Virus record (IMG/VR): IMGVR_UViG_3300025162_000035
Reading direction: 5' to 3' (one strand)
Source: a virus
Taxonomy: Duplodnaviria > Heunggongvirae > Uroviricota > Caudoviricetes
DNA length: 64,000 nucleotides
Positions 18,708 through 27,601 of the stretch are shown here, piece by piece (within the stretch, counting starts at the first letter, position 1; each line of letters begins with the position of its first letter). Made by a program: the position numbers and the translations under genes. The notes below the pieces were generated by a model. It ran no database searches, was not told the DNA's origin, and was given only the letters and a program-made list of their open reading frames with translations.

Positions 18708-18896
18708 ATGGCACATGCACCGATAAAATTAGAAGAAAGTTTCAACAATGATGGATCAGTTCATGATATTAATTTCCGATTAATGATTCTGATAAATTCA
18801 TTAAATACCGCAAAATCTGGCGTTGATGATCTATTTATTCAAATTGCACACAAAAGAATTTTAGAATTGAAAGAACTTAAAAATAAACAAACTTGA
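18708..18896 (+). CDS. small hypothetical protein (62 aa)
   Basis: ORF track; promoter motif upstream. Confidence 0.35.
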   Translation: MAHAPIKLEESFNNDGSVHDINFRLMILINSLNTAKSGVDDLFIQIAHKRILELKELKNKQT

Positions 18897-19077
18897 ATTT
18901 TTTATATATAAGCAACATGAGAAAAATTTTTAGAGTTGATGATGATTGTAGCCTTCTGACTAACTGCCCTAAGACAGATTAGATGGTTATACATTTATCT
19001 CCTAAGGAACCCAGTGGTCAGAAGGCAACTGGGTTTTTTTATTTTATACAAAAAATTAAATATAGGAGATAATTATT
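18897..19077 (+). promoter_or_regulatory. structured 5' leader of aspS with a terminator / anti-terminator-like arrangement
   Basis: GCCTTCTGAC (18951-18960) is exactly complementary to GTCAGAAGGC (19017-19026), which forms the loop of the terminator hairpin CCCAGT/ACTGGG plus T7 (19010-19040). SD AGGAG at 19064. Confidence 0.35.
19010..19040 (+). terminator. intrinsic terminator hairpin plus T-run
   Basis: CCCAGTGGTCAGAAGGCAACTGGGTTTTTTT. Confidence 0.55.
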
Positions 19078-20343
19078 ATGAAACGAACAAAAGTTAATGA
19101 ATTAGAAAAAAATGTCGGTAGCAAAGTTACCGTTAAAGGTCATGCTTACATAATTAGAATTGTAGGCAATATATCATTCATCATTTTAAGGGAGTATACT
19201 GGCTTCTGCCAGATCGTTTGTGAAAGTGAACTGGTTGGTCATCTCACACCTGAAAGTGTCGTAGAAGTCACAGGAATGGTCAGAATGAATAAAGAATCAA
19301 GATATAATGGAATAGAAGTTGCTGCTGAGGAGATAACTGTAATTTCACTGGCTGAGGTCCTTCCATTTACTATCAACAAAAAAGAAGAGGTTCCATTTTT
19401 GATTTTGAATAACCATCGGGCACTTTCACTCAGAAGGATAAGAGAACGAAACATATTTAAAATTCAATCTGAAATCGTTTGGGCTTACCGTGAATTTATG
19501 AGAAGCCAAGGTTTCACAGAAATCCAAAGCACAAAAATTTCTGGGTCTGGACTGGAAGGTGGCGGTGATCTATTTGAAGTTAATTACTTCGGAAATAAGC
19601 TCTGCCTTACCCAAAGCCCTCAATTTTATAAGCAAATGATGGTTGGGGTTTATGAGCGGGTATTTGAAGTTGGTAAAGTATATCGAGCCGAAAGCCATGG
19701 TTCTAACCGACATTTGGCTGAGTTTGTTGGGTTCGATTTTGAAATGGGATTCATCGAAAATGTTGAAGAAGTGATGGTTATGGAACAAGAAGCCTTGAAA
19801 TATATCTTCAACCATTTGAATTCTGTTTGTGCCAGCGAACTTGCATTTTTTAAAGTTCAGGCACCGAGTATCACAGAAATCCCAATGCTTACATATGAAG
19901 AAGCCCTTCGAAACACTGGTAAGAAATTTAATCGTGCTGGGTTAAATCCAGAAATGGAATCATTGATAAGCAAATATGTCAAGAAAACGTACAACAGTGA
20001 ATTTACATTCATTACAAAGTACCCATTATCTGAAAGACCATTCTATGCTATGCCATCAAAAGAGGAAGGTTGTTCTGAGACTTTTGAATTACTCTATAAT
20101 GGACTGGAAATAACCACAGGTGGTCAGCGTATTCATAATTATAAAATGCTTTTGGAAGTTATGGAAAGCAAAGGTATGAAACCTGAAAACTATAAAAGTT
20201 ACTTAGCAGCGTTTCGTTATGGTATGCCGCCACATGGTGGGCTTGGTATTGGCTTGGAGCGTATTATAATGAAATTGCTGAACCTTCAAAGTGTCGAGGA
20301 AGCATCATTAATTCCAAGAACCAGAGAAAAATTTATAAATTAA
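19078..20343 (+). CDS. aspS: aspartyl-tRNA synthetase, archaeal/eukaryotic type (class IIb)
   Basis: QSPQFYKQ, motif 2 YRAESHGSNRHLAEFVGFDFEM, and C-terminal FRYGMPPHGGLGIGLERIIM...IPRTREK; SD AGGAG 8 nt upstream. Confidence 0.9.
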   Translation: MKRTKVNELEKNVGSKVTVKGHAYIIRIVGNISFIILREYTGFCQIVCESELVGHLTPESVVEVTGMVRMNKESRYNGIEVAAEEITVISLAEVLPFTINKKEEVPFLILNNHRALSLRRIRERNIFKIQSEIVWAYREFMRSQGFTEIQSTKISGSGLEGGGDLFEVNYFGNKLCLTQSPQFYKQMMVGVYERVFEVGKVYRAESHGSNRHLAEFVGFDFEMGFIENVEEVMVMEQEALKYIFNHLNSVCASELAFFKVQAPSITEIPMLTYEEALRNTGKKFNRAGLNPEMESLISKYVKKTYNSEFTFITKYPLSERPFYAMPSKEEGCSETFELLYNGLEITTGGQRIHNYKMLLEVMESKGMKPENYKSYLAAFRYGMPPHGGLGIGLERIIMKLLNLQSVEEASLIPRTREKFIN

Positions 20344-20380
20344 TTTTTTTATATTAAAAATTGTTTTATATTTGCATTGG
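20341..20380 (+). promoter_or_regulatory. promoter-like element between the aspS stop and a strong terminator
   Basis: AATTTTTTTATATTAAAAATTGTTTTATATTTGCATTGG resembles the recurring promoter motif; no ORF before the terminator at 20424. Confidence 0.3.
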
Positions 20381-20423
20381 TTTTATGATTTCATATGTTT
20401 TAGTTTTATGCGTTTTAGTGAGA

Positions 20424-20450
20424 GAGGGGCTTCGTGCCCCTCTTTTTTGA
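20424..20450 (+). terminator. intrinsic terminator
   Basis: AGAGGGGCTTCGTGCCCCTCTTTTTTG: 8-bp GC stem, TTCG loop, T-run. Confidence 0.65.
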
Positions 20451-20526
20451 TTAAAGACAAAAATAATGTTTGAATAATTTTTTTATTAAAGAAAGAATAT
20501 TTACTTTTGTCAAAAATAAACTCGAT

Positions 20527-20745
20527 ATGAAAACTAATATTAAAGAATTGCTGAAGAATTTAAAGGCTCTCAACCTTAAATTCGAAAATTCAGAAGATGA
20601 ACAATTGTTGAATAGCGAAAAAAATTATCATCTTCACGACAGGTTTTTGGTTAATACGACTAAGCATGAATATACATTCCCATGCTTGGTTGAAATTGAA
20701 ATCGGAAATTCGAAAGTTTTCAATCTTCAAAGAATTGTAAAATGA
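20527..20745 (+). CDS. hypothetical protein (72 aa from ATG 20527)
   Basis: Track ORF 20470..20745; the internal ATG after an AT-rich upstream region is the more likely start. Confidence 0.35.
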   Translation: MKTNIKELLKNLKALNLKFENSEDEQLLNSEKNYHLHDRFLVNTTKHEYTFPCLVEIEIGNSKVFNLQRIVK

Positions 20746-21068
20746 AGCTAAAAAGTATTCGCAAAAATCTTGCAGAAATTTATAAAGATTTACAAGATAT
20801 AAAAATTGAACCAACTGATAGCTTTCAATCATCGTTGGATAAATTTTATTCTGTAATGAGAAAGTGGGGTGTAAAGCAAGGCACTTGGACAAAGGGTGGT
20901 GGTCGATTATGCGATAATCCAGAGTGGTCAATGCTTTGGGCTGTTTATCGTGAAAATAAGATATTATCCTTAGATGTTTGGATGGCTCTTAGCGAACCAC
21001 CTAAAGATTTACTTGCATATGGAAAGCCCCCTAAATTAGCAAAAAAATTAGCAAAAAAAAGAAAATGA
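20742..21068 (+). CDS. hypothetical protein (108 aa)
   Basis: ORF track; 4-nt overlaps with neighbours. Confidence 0.4.
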   Translation: MKLKSIRKNLAEIYKDLQDIKIEPTDSFQSSLDKFYSVMRKWGVKQGTWTKGGGRLCDNPEWSMLWAVYRENKILSLDVWMALSEPPKDLLAYGKPPKLAKKLAKKRK

Positions 21069-21478
21069 AAAAAAGTGATCCAGTAATTGAAATTCCAATT
21101 GAGCTTCCACCAATTAGTATCTATGCCATTCGAAATAAAGAAGGTAAATGGTTCCGTAGAAAAGGATATGGTGGATATGGAGATAGCTGGGTTGCAGATT
21201 TTACTGGTGCCCGAATTTTCCTTAAGTCTGGTCCTGCCAGATCGGTTGTAACGTTTTGGGCAAATTCGTACCCGCATTACGGTGTCCCAGACATCATCCA
21301 AATTCGCTGTACAAGTGCCGTTATACTTGATGAAACAGCACGTGTCGAAAAAGCTAAGCTTGCCAGAGAAACAAAAGAAGCTAAGCGATTAGCTGCAAGA
21401 AAAAAATATGAAGCTGAAGAAGCCATGCGAAAGCTTATTGACGCACAAGCGGCAGTTTTGAAACTCAAAAAAAAGTAA
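21065..21478 (+). CDS. hypothetical protein (137 aa) with a coiled-coil, Lys-rich C-terminus
   Basis: ORF track. Confidence 0.4.
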   Translation: MKKSDPVIEIPIELPPISIYAIRNKEGKWFRRKGYGGYGDSWVADFTGARIFLKSGPARSVVTFWANSYPHYGVPDIIQIRCTSAVILDETARVEKAKLARETKEAKRLAARKKYEAEEAMRKLIDAQAAVLKLKKK

Positions 21479-21665
21479 TATGATAATAATTAACTTATTT
21501 TTTTTGAAATGGTTTTTACTTGTACTTGCAGTGGCAATATATATTTTTGCAGGGTACATTTATGAATCAAAATTCAGGGGTATTCGTATTCTTGTGAGTA
21601 CGGCAGTACTTTCAATATTTATATTTTTTTGGACTCTTATTTTTTATTATCTAAATTAGAAAATT

Positions 21666-21869
21666 ATGGCACTACTTATCTTTAAATGGGTATTATTCGC
21701 TATTGGAACTGCGATGTATATTTTCTTCACATTCCTTTACAAAGGAAAAAATGATGGCGGAAATGAAGGTCTTGGTAAAATTGTTCCATGGCTTGTCAAT
21801 CTTGGTATCAATACACTTGTTTATGTGTTGCTGCTTACAGCTTGGCTTGTTGTATTTAATCTAAAATAA
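21666..21869 (+). CDS. small membrane protein (2 TM)
   Basis: Hydrophobic helices. Confidence 0.4.
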   Translation: MALLIFKWVLFAIGTAMYIFFTFLYKGKNDGGNEGLGKIVPWLVNLGINTLVYVLLLTAWLVVFNLK

Positions 21870-21870
21870 A

Positions 21871-22071
21871 ATGAGCGAAAGAGAAATGTTTGAGCTGTCT
21901 TTTCAAAGACCGAGTAATTATTTTAAATTATCTGGCGAAAGGCAATGGGAAATCGATAAAGACTTAGGAATTTTGGATTGGATGGGCACTGGGTTGTCTG
22001 CTGAAGATAAAAAAAGGTTTAATTCACATTATGGATTAAAAGAACCAAAACCAAAAAAGCCCAAAAAATGA
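21871..22071 (+). CDS. small hypothetical protein (66 aa)
   Basis: ORF track. Confidence 0.35.
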   Translation: MSEREMFELSFQRPSNYFKLSGERQWEIDKDLGILDWMGTGLSAEDKKRFNSHYGLKEPKPKKPKK

Positions 22072-22301
22072 CACTTGAAGAAAAACTTTCCAAATTGCGG
22101 TCATTAACAAGTAATTTCCTTTATGTTGAGTATTATACCCATGAAGAATGTGATTGCTATAAGATCGATAATGTATATACGAACTATAGAAAAGATGTTC
22201 GTGTGCTTGGTAAAGTTTCAGACGGGTTCGAAATTTGCTTAGAACGTGCCATTTCTGAAATAACTAAATGTAAAGAAGAATTTGAAAAACATGAAGAATG
22301 A
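22068..22301 (+). CDS. small hypothetical protein (77 aa)
   Basis: ORF track. Confidence 0.35.
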   Translation: MTLEEKLSKLRSLTSNFLYVEYYTHEECDCYKIDNVYTNYRKDVRVLGKVSDGFEICLERAISEITKCKEEFEKHEE

Positions 22302-22540
22302 AAAGTTATAAGCTCATTATCGCAGTTGGTGCAATGAATGTTATTCATGGTGGAGTTCATATTTTTCAGTTCATTCAATCGTTTTTACTGAGTTACTACA
22401 GCCTTAGTCATAAAGATGGTGAATGGGTTCACAAGATAATGGAAAATCCGTGGATGGGGCTTGTTTGGGGTATTCTTGGCATTCTAACACTATATATTGG
22501 ATTCAGAGATTATAAGCATCACAAACATCATAAAGATTAA
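22298..22540 (+). CDS. small membrane protein with a His-rich tail (HHKHHKD)
   Basis: Two TM segments; holin-like size. Confidence 0.4.
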   Translation: MKSYKLIIAVGAMNVIHGGVHIFQFIQSFLLSYYSLSHKDGEWVHKIMENPWMGLVWGILGILTLYIGFRDYKHHKHHKD

Positions 22541-22545
22541 AATAA

Positions 22546-22622
22546 GGGCCCTTAGCTCAGATGGTTAGAGCAACTGACTCATAATCAGTAGGTCGCTGGT
22601 TCAAATCCAGCAGGGCCCACCA
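22546..22622 (+). tRNA. tRNA-Met (anticodon CAT; could be initiator, elongator or Ile2), with encoded CCA
   Basis: Cloverleaf: acceptor GGGCCCT/AGGGCCC, D-arm GCTCAGATGGTTAGAGC, anticodon loop CTCATAA, T-arm GCTGGTTCAAATCCAGC, then ACCA. Confidence 0.85.
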
Positions 22623-22635
22623 AAATATATTAATT

Positions 22636-23157
22636 ATGGGTCAATTAAAGCAAGGTGATCTGGTAAGATGTATTACTACTAAATTAAAATATTGTGATTT
22701 TAATTCTGTATATACTGTTGCTGAATATGATTTCTTTAAAATTCGATTGGAAGGATCAAAACAATTTATATCAATTCATAATTTTGCCCCAGCGGGTCTC
22801 AAAGATATTCGTTTAGCGAAACTAAAAGTTCTGAGCGGTGAACCAGTTAACCCCATACAAGTGGATACTGGTCGAAAAATTGACAGAAATAAAGACGTTA
22901 ATGAAAAAAAGTTCAAATTATTTGAAATGCTGTTGACCAGATGGTTTACAGACAGGGGGCATATTGGTTCTGAAGCTTGGAATAAAAATGAAAAATATTA
23001 TCGTGGTGTATATTTCAGTTATGAAGATTTTTTAGCTAAAATTGTTAAGACTGATAGAACATTCGATGTTAAATTGGAAGATTTTGAAACCATTAAGGAT
23101 ATGAAAGTGTCTGAAGCGTTTGATTTGTATATAAAAATGAAAACAAATAAATTATGA
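22636..23157 (+). CDS. hypothetical protein (173 aa)
   Basis: ORF track. Confidence 0.45.
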   Translation: MGQLKQGDLVRCITTKLKYCDFNSVYTVAEYDFFKIRLEGSKQFISIHNFAPAGLKDIRLAKLKVLSGEPVNPIQVDTGRKIDRNKDVNEKKFKLFEMLLTRWFTDRGHIGSEAWNKNEKYYRGVYFSYEDFLAKIVKTDRTFDVKLEDFETIKDMKVSEAFDLYIKMKTNKL

Positions 23158-23296
23158 CTTGCGAATATTGTACTCAAAATATTAGTAAAAAAAGACCAAG
23201 TGAAATATTGATGGATTGGTGCGAAGAAATGAAAAAATATCTTATTTATAAAATAAAATCCGAAAGAAAAGAGAAATTAAAAAAATTAAGACGGAA

Positions 23297-23599
23297 ATGA
23301 AAAAATTTAAACCACTTACGTGGAGAGATAATACAACAAAGCAGGGTAAACACCTTGGTATTGTATATATTGCTTCTGATGTTGATGTGCTCGAAATATA
23401 TTATTCGATCACAAATTATAAAAACTTTGAAGGTGAAATAAAGCCTACTGATGATGACACTAATAAATTCTATTTCCAGATCGGTGGACATTATTTTGAT
23501 GAAGAGCCAGAACCTGTAGTGGTGTCTTCAATTGAAGAAGCAAAACTATTAGCTCAGCAAGATTTCGAAAAAAGAGTAACTGAATTATTTTTCATTTAA
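23297..23599 (+). CDS. hypothetical protein (100 aa)
   Basis: ORF track. Confidence 0.4.
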   Translation: MKKFKPLTWRDNTTKQGKHLGIVYIASDVDVLEIYYSITNYKNFEGEIKPTDDDTNKFYFQIGGHYFDEEPEPVVVSSIEEAKLLAQQDFEKRVTELFFI

Positions 23600-23634
23600 T
23601 TTTTTATTACAATATTTTTTTATATCTTTGCACG

Positions 23635-23889
23635 ATGAATAAAAAGAAGCTAAATAAAGTTTATGATATTCTGGTCACCATAGGTGATGCAAATGAAAGA
23701 ATGAGAGAATCATTTATTCATTATCACCTTAGGGAAAGCGGATCACATGAATGGCGATTTAGTGGAAACCTTGGGTTTGGTGGTAAATATCGATTGGATG
23801 AAAACTCTGTCGATTGTTATTCTGAAGATGAAACACCAGAAAGATTTGAAATAATAAAACGAATTAACGAAGAATTATCAAAGATATGA
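23635..23889 (+). CDS. hypothetical protein (84 aa)
   Basis: ORF track; variant promoter-like T-tract plus TATATCTTTGCA upstream. Confidence 0.4.
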   Translation: MNKKKLNKVYDILVTIGDANERMRESFIHYHLRESGSHEWRFSGNLGFGGKYRLDENSVDCYSEDETPERFEIIKRINEELSKI

Positions 23890-24098
23890 TAAACAATATT
23901 ATGGCAACAACAGATTTAAAACAAGGTGAAAGATTTCTTGTCCAGTATAACGGTAATCAAAGAGTTGAAGAAGCAATTGTTGTTGAAGTTTCAACCACAA
24001 GCTACAAATTCAGTGAAATACTTGGAAATTTTAATTCCAAATGGATATTAAAAAGTCTTTTTGATTCAAATTTTAATATAATTGAACAATTAAAATAA
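23886..24098 (+). CDS. hypothetical protein (70 aa)
   Basis: ORF track. Confidence 0.35.
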   Translation: MINNIMATTDLKQGERFLVQYNGNQRVEEAIVVEVSTTSYKFSEILGNFNSKWILKSLFDSNFNIIEQLK

Positions 24099-24261
24099 AA
24101 AAATAGAAAAAAACAAACTTTTTGAAATAATATATATACAATAGTAATGAGAAAAATGACTCACATAGTTAACACTGCTCTCCAGCAACAACAGTATCTG
24201 ATACGATACCTGGTTGGGATGACCGTGTAATTATCTGAGTACATTATAAAAGTACCATGAA

Positions 24262-24299
24262 AGTCGCCCAGACAGGTTAACCTGATCTGGGTTTCTTTT
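24262..24299 (+). terminator. strong intrinsic terminator ending a GC-richer non-coding segment (24130-24260)
   Basis: CCCAGACAGGTTAACCTGATCTGGG followed by TTTCTTTTTTTT. Confidence 0.55.
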
Positions 24300-24319
24300 T
24301 TTTAAAAAAATGGTACAGT

Positions 24320-24517
24320 ATGAACAAAGGTAGAAGAAATGAATTGACGAAGCTGAAGTTTAAGAAAAGGATTAAACAATTAGGCTTAAAAAAAGAAGAT
24401 GGAAATTTGTTTTGCTATAAGACAAGCGGCAAACCTTGTAGTTGTGAAATGTGTTCTCCATATAAGTTCTCTCGAAAGAGAAAACATAAAGATAAGTTCT
24501 TTGAAGATTTGGATTAA
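24320..24517 (+). CDS. small basic Cys-containing protein (65 aa)
   Basis: ORF track; CSCEMCSP. Confidence 0.35.
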   Translation: MNKGRRNELTKLKFKKRIKQLGLKKEDGNLFCYKTSGKPCSCEMCSPYKFSRKRKHKDKFFEDLD

Positions 24518-24522
24518 AATTT

Positions 24523-24597
24523 GGCCCTATAGTATAATGGCAAAAAGTACGGAAAATTTTGGATTTTCAGGATAAGGTTCGATTCCTTATAGGGCTG
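24523..24597 (+). tRNA. tRNA, anticodon tentatively TTG (Gln)
   Basis: Acceptor GGCCCTA/TAGGGCT, D-arm GTAT-AATGGCAAAAA-GTAC, anticodon stem GAAAA/TTTTC with loop TTTTGGA, T-arm TAAGGTTCGATTCCTTA. Confidence 0.55.
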
Positions 24598-24615
24598 CAA
24601 AAAAATATAACATAC

Positions 24616-24686
24616 TGATCCATAGCATAATGCAGTGTGTCACCCTTTGAAGGTGTTCGGTATAGGTTCGAGTCCTATTGGATCAA
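24616..24686 (+). tRNA. tRNA with a reduced D-arm, anticodon tentatively TTG (Gln)
   Basis: Acceptor TGATCCA/TGGATCA, anticodon stem CACC/GGTG with loop CTTTGAA, T-arm ATAGGTTCGAGTCCTAT; D-stem only 3 bp and no GG in the D-loop. Confidence 0.4.
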
Positions 24687-24691
24687 CACAA

Positions 24692-24763
24692 TGCTCCATC
24701 GACCAACGGCTAAGTCGTGAGTCTCTGAAACTCAAGATGATGGTTCAAATCCATCTGGGGCAA
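24692..24763 (+). tRNA. tRNA, anticodon tentatively CTG (Gln)
   Basis: Acceptor TGCTCCA/TGGGGCA (one G-U pair), D-loop CAACGGCTAA, anticodon stem TGAGT/ACTCA with loop CTCTGAA, T-arm GATGGTTCAAATCCATC. Confidence 0.5.
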
Positions 24764-24830
24764 CAATGTCCATATTGGTATTTTTTTGACTTTTTTATTT
24801 TAATATATAGAATAAAAAAGAATTATACCT

Positions 24831-25832
24831 ATGGACAAACTAATTGATATTTATGGAAGAGAAAAAATTGAGAATGTAGTAAAAAAATCCAAATCTTTTA
24901 CAGATGTTCTAATAAAATTAGAATTACCAAAATCCAAGAGAAGAAATATTGAAAGAACAATCAGAAGATTAGGAATATCTGTTGATCATTTCGAGACTAT
25001 ACAAAATTTAAAGGCGACTAATGAAAGATATTCTTTTGAGAATTTATCTGAAGCCGTTAAGCTCAGTTATAATCTTAAACAAGTTATTGAAAAATTAGAC
25101 CTACTACCAATAACACGGAATTATATTACATTAAAAAAGAAATTAAAAGAAACGGGGGTAGATTGTTCACATTTTAGAAGATATGGCGCAGACTATTCCA
25201 AAGATAATTTGGAAATAGTTTTTAAAGATTCTAAAAGTTTTGCTGATATATTTAAAAAACTGGGGCTTGAAAGTGTTGGAACTGGGAACTATAAAACTTT
25301 AAAATATTATATCAATAAATATAATTTAGATACCTCGAATTTTGAACACGCTAAACTCTCCAAAAATATTCTTTATAAAACCTCTATTAATGATATATTG
25401 GTTGAGAATTCAACAGTCGGTAGTTCAAAAGTAAAAGAACGTCTCTATAAAGAAGGTCTAAAAGAACGTAAGTGCGAACTTTGCGGTCAGGATGAAACGT
25501 GGCAAGGAAAATATATGAGTTTGATTTTGGATCACATTAACGGAGTGTATAATGACAATAAAATCGAAAATCTGAGGATCGTTTGCCCAAATTGTAATGC
25601 AACCTTACCGACACATTGTCGTGGAAAAAGAGTAAAAAAAGATAAGCATGTTCCAGTGGATATAAAAAAAGCCAATAGGGTCGCTTATAGTATCACCAGA
25701 CGTAAAGTGGAGCGACCCTCTTATGGTCAGCTTAAAGTTGAAATTGATCAACTGGGATATGTTCAAACGGGTAAGAAATATGGGGTTAGTGATAATGCTA
25801 TTAGAAAATGGGTGAAGGCGTATGAAAAATAA
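24831..25832 (+). CDS. HNH homing endonuclease with N-terminal repeated DNA-binding modules
   Basis: C-terminal CELCGQ...LDHINGVYNDNKIENLRIVCPNCN (HNH); three N-terminal repeats ...F-x-D-(V/I)-(L/F)-(I/K)-K-L-(E/G)-L-... Sits directly after the tRNA cluster. Confidence 0.7.
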   Translation: MDKLIDIYGREKIENVVKKSKSFTDVLIKLELPKSKRRNIERTIRRLGISVDHFETIQNLKATNERYSFENLSEAVKLSYNLKQVIEKLDLLPITRNYITLKKKLKETGVDCSHFRRYGADYSKDNLEIVFKDSKSFADIFKKLGLESVGTGNYKTLKYYINKYNLDTSNFEHAKLSKNILYKTSINDILVENSTVGSSKVKERLYKEGLKERKCELCGQDETWQGKYMSLILDHINGVYNDNKIENLRIVCPNCNATLPTHCRGKRVKKDKHVPVDIKKANRVAYSITRRKVERPSYGQLKVEIDQLGYVQTGKKYGVSDNAIRKWVKAYEK

Positions 25833-26064
25833 ACTAATCACATTTATTTTCATTCAAAACAATTGAATGCACTATCAGTTGTTACAAAAACGGTATTCAT
25901 AATACATTTGAAATTTTCATATTATTGAATATGATTTAGAATTTTTTGATAATGAAAAAATTCATTGGTTACGTTTGTCGTTTGAGTGTGTAAACGAAAA
26001 TGAAAACGGTGATTGATAACTCGTCTACCAACTTTGAATTTCGGAGGTTTAATTCTGGTTAGAA

Positions 26065-26265
26065 TCATTTCTTTATTACATTAAATGCGCTTGAAATAAG
26101 AACCTGATATCCCATTTTTTGAAGGATTCTTCTGGCATAGATGATGTCACAGTATGATTCACCGTATTCTATGGTTGGACTTAACCCAGCAGCGTAAAAA
26201 TCGTCATACGTTATGATTTTACACTGTTTACCCATTAATTCCTTCGAACCACTCTGCGGATTCAA
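26065..26265 (-). CDS. small hypothetical protein (66 aa)
   Basis: ORF track. Confidence 0.3.
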   Translation of the reverse strand: MNPQSGSKELMGKQCKIITYDDFYAAGLSPTIEYGESYCDIIYARRILQKMGYQVLISSAFNVIKK

Positions 26266-26296
26266 AAAGTTTTAATATTTTTTCTTTTTTTGTCAT

Positions 26297-26566
26297 TTAT
26301 TTTATTGGTGTACCACACTGATCACAAACTTCAATAAATCCATCTTCAATAGTTTCTGGGATTAATCTATCTGCACCTATCGGGCATTCACCCAAATGTT
26401 TACATTTTTCGTAAACACCTTCAAATCCTATCCGATCACCTTTTGTATTATATTTTATTTTGGTTAGTAGAAACTTATCACCAGTGGCAAACCGAGTAGT
26501 GTAAGTTTTACCAATTTCAAATGGTAGCTCTTTGTGTTTTATGAGTTTTTTGATGCCCATAATCAA
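26297..26566 (-). CDS. small zinc-ribbon-like protein (89 aa)
   Basis: CKHLGECP...CDQCG. Confidence 0.4.
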   Translation of the reverse strand: MIMGIKKLIKHKELPFEIGKTYTTRFATGDKFLLTKIKYNTKGDRIGFEGVYEKCKHLGECPIGADRLIPETIEDGFIEVCDQCGTPIK

Positions 26567-27477
26567 TCTCCTCCACCATCTCCTCCACCATCACCGCCAT
26601 CACCACCGCCATCACCACCGTCACCCGCATCTGATTCTGCATCGACACCAGTTTCTGCATCAACTTCGGCTTGTTCCACCCCAGTATTTTCAAGCTCAGT
26701 AAGGCTTTCTTGTTCCTCAGTTTGAAATAACGTGTTTGTGGTATTATCCATATTGATGTTTACAATAAACATCCAAACATTAATAAAATCATCATCAGTC
26801 ATACCATCATCTTTTTTGAGTGTACCACCACCAAATGATTGCTTGGAAATTTTTATCTTTTGAAAATCAAGCATTTTTGTGATTGTTTTGAATGAAGTTT
26901 TTACTTCTGGGTGTTCTTTTTTAAATGCCACCCAAGCGGTTGCCAAATACTTTGGCTCCCTGTTGTATTGATAATTCTTATTCAGATAATTGGCGAACAT
27001 CCCAGCATCTTTGGTTTTTGATTGGAGATTCTTGACATAATGAAAATTGGCTGTTGTTTGGTTATTATCACAACTTGAAAGCCATGAAAGTGTCACCAAT
27101 AAGAATCCAATGAAGCCTATTGTTAAAAATGATGCGACTGGAAACATGATCGTAAATATGTAAGTGTCACTGTAATTTTTTTTATTTTTCATATAATTTT
27201 TATTTTCTCTATTTTTACCTAAATGATATCCGTCACAAAAAATGCATTTATAATTACTGAAATGTACACCTTTTTTTTCTGACATTTGATTAGCTACTCT
27301 GACGGCAGTTTCTTTGGTTTTGTAGCTAACCTTTGGACTTCCATCCATTCTGTAATGACTTCTTTTATGAAAGAGCCCAAGCACATGACCTTTGAGCAAA
27401 TTTCTTATAAATCGCTTCAAAGGCATCTGATCTTTCAATCCCAGATATATGTTACGCCTTTTCATAATAATTGTCAA
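26563..27477 (-). CDS. membrane protein (304 aa) with an N-terminal Cys/His cluster and a C-terminal (GDGG)n acidic repeat tail
   Basis: TM segment IFTIMFPVASFLTIGFIGFLLV; tail GDGGDGGGDGGDGGGDGGGD; the + strand ORF 26534..26725 is its antisense. Confidence 0.45.
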   Translation of the reverse strand: MTIIMKRRNIYLGLKDQMPLKRFIRNLLKGHVLGLFHKRSHYRMDGSPKVSYKTKETAVRVANQMSEKKGVHFSNYKCIFCDGYHLGKNRENKNYMKNKKNYSDTYIFTIMFPVASFLTIGFIGFLLVTLSWLSSCDNNQTTANFHYVKNLQSKTKDAGMFANYLNKNYQYNREPKYLATAWVAFKKEHPEVKTSFKTITKMLDFQKIKISKQSFGGGTLKKDDGMTDDDFINVWMFIVNINMDNTTNTLFQTEEQESLTELENTGVEQAEVDAETGVDAESDAGDGGDGGGDGGDGGGDGGGD

Positions 27478-27601
27478 ATATTGAATCTTTAATTACTTTT
27501 GATCTCCAAAACTCAAAGGTAAGATTTTTTCTGGTACCAACTACTTCAGCAACCCCAAATATGTTGAATATGGAATTAGCTAATATAATCTTTTTCATGG
27601 T

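Noticed and set aside
18897-19077. T-box riboswitch upstream of aspS
   Set aside because: No T-box consensus (AGGGTGGNACCGCG) or specifier-loop architecture is recognisable. The element is kept only as a generic attenuator-like leader.
22546-24763. Suppressor tRNA / alternative genetic code
   Set aside because: Anticodons are CAT, TTG, TTG and CTG, with none complementary to a stop codon. TAA, TGA and TAG all terminate intact genes here, so the standard bacterial code fits.
24635-24847. ORF overlapping the tRNA cluster
   Set aside because: It lies entirely across three predicted tRNAs and their spacers, so it is non-coding.
26534-26725. + strand ORF encoding PPPSPPPSPP... proline-rich peptide
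   Set aside because: It is the reverse complement of the (GDGG)n acidic repeat tail of the minus-strand gene 26563..27477, so it is an antisense artefact of a low-complexity repeat.
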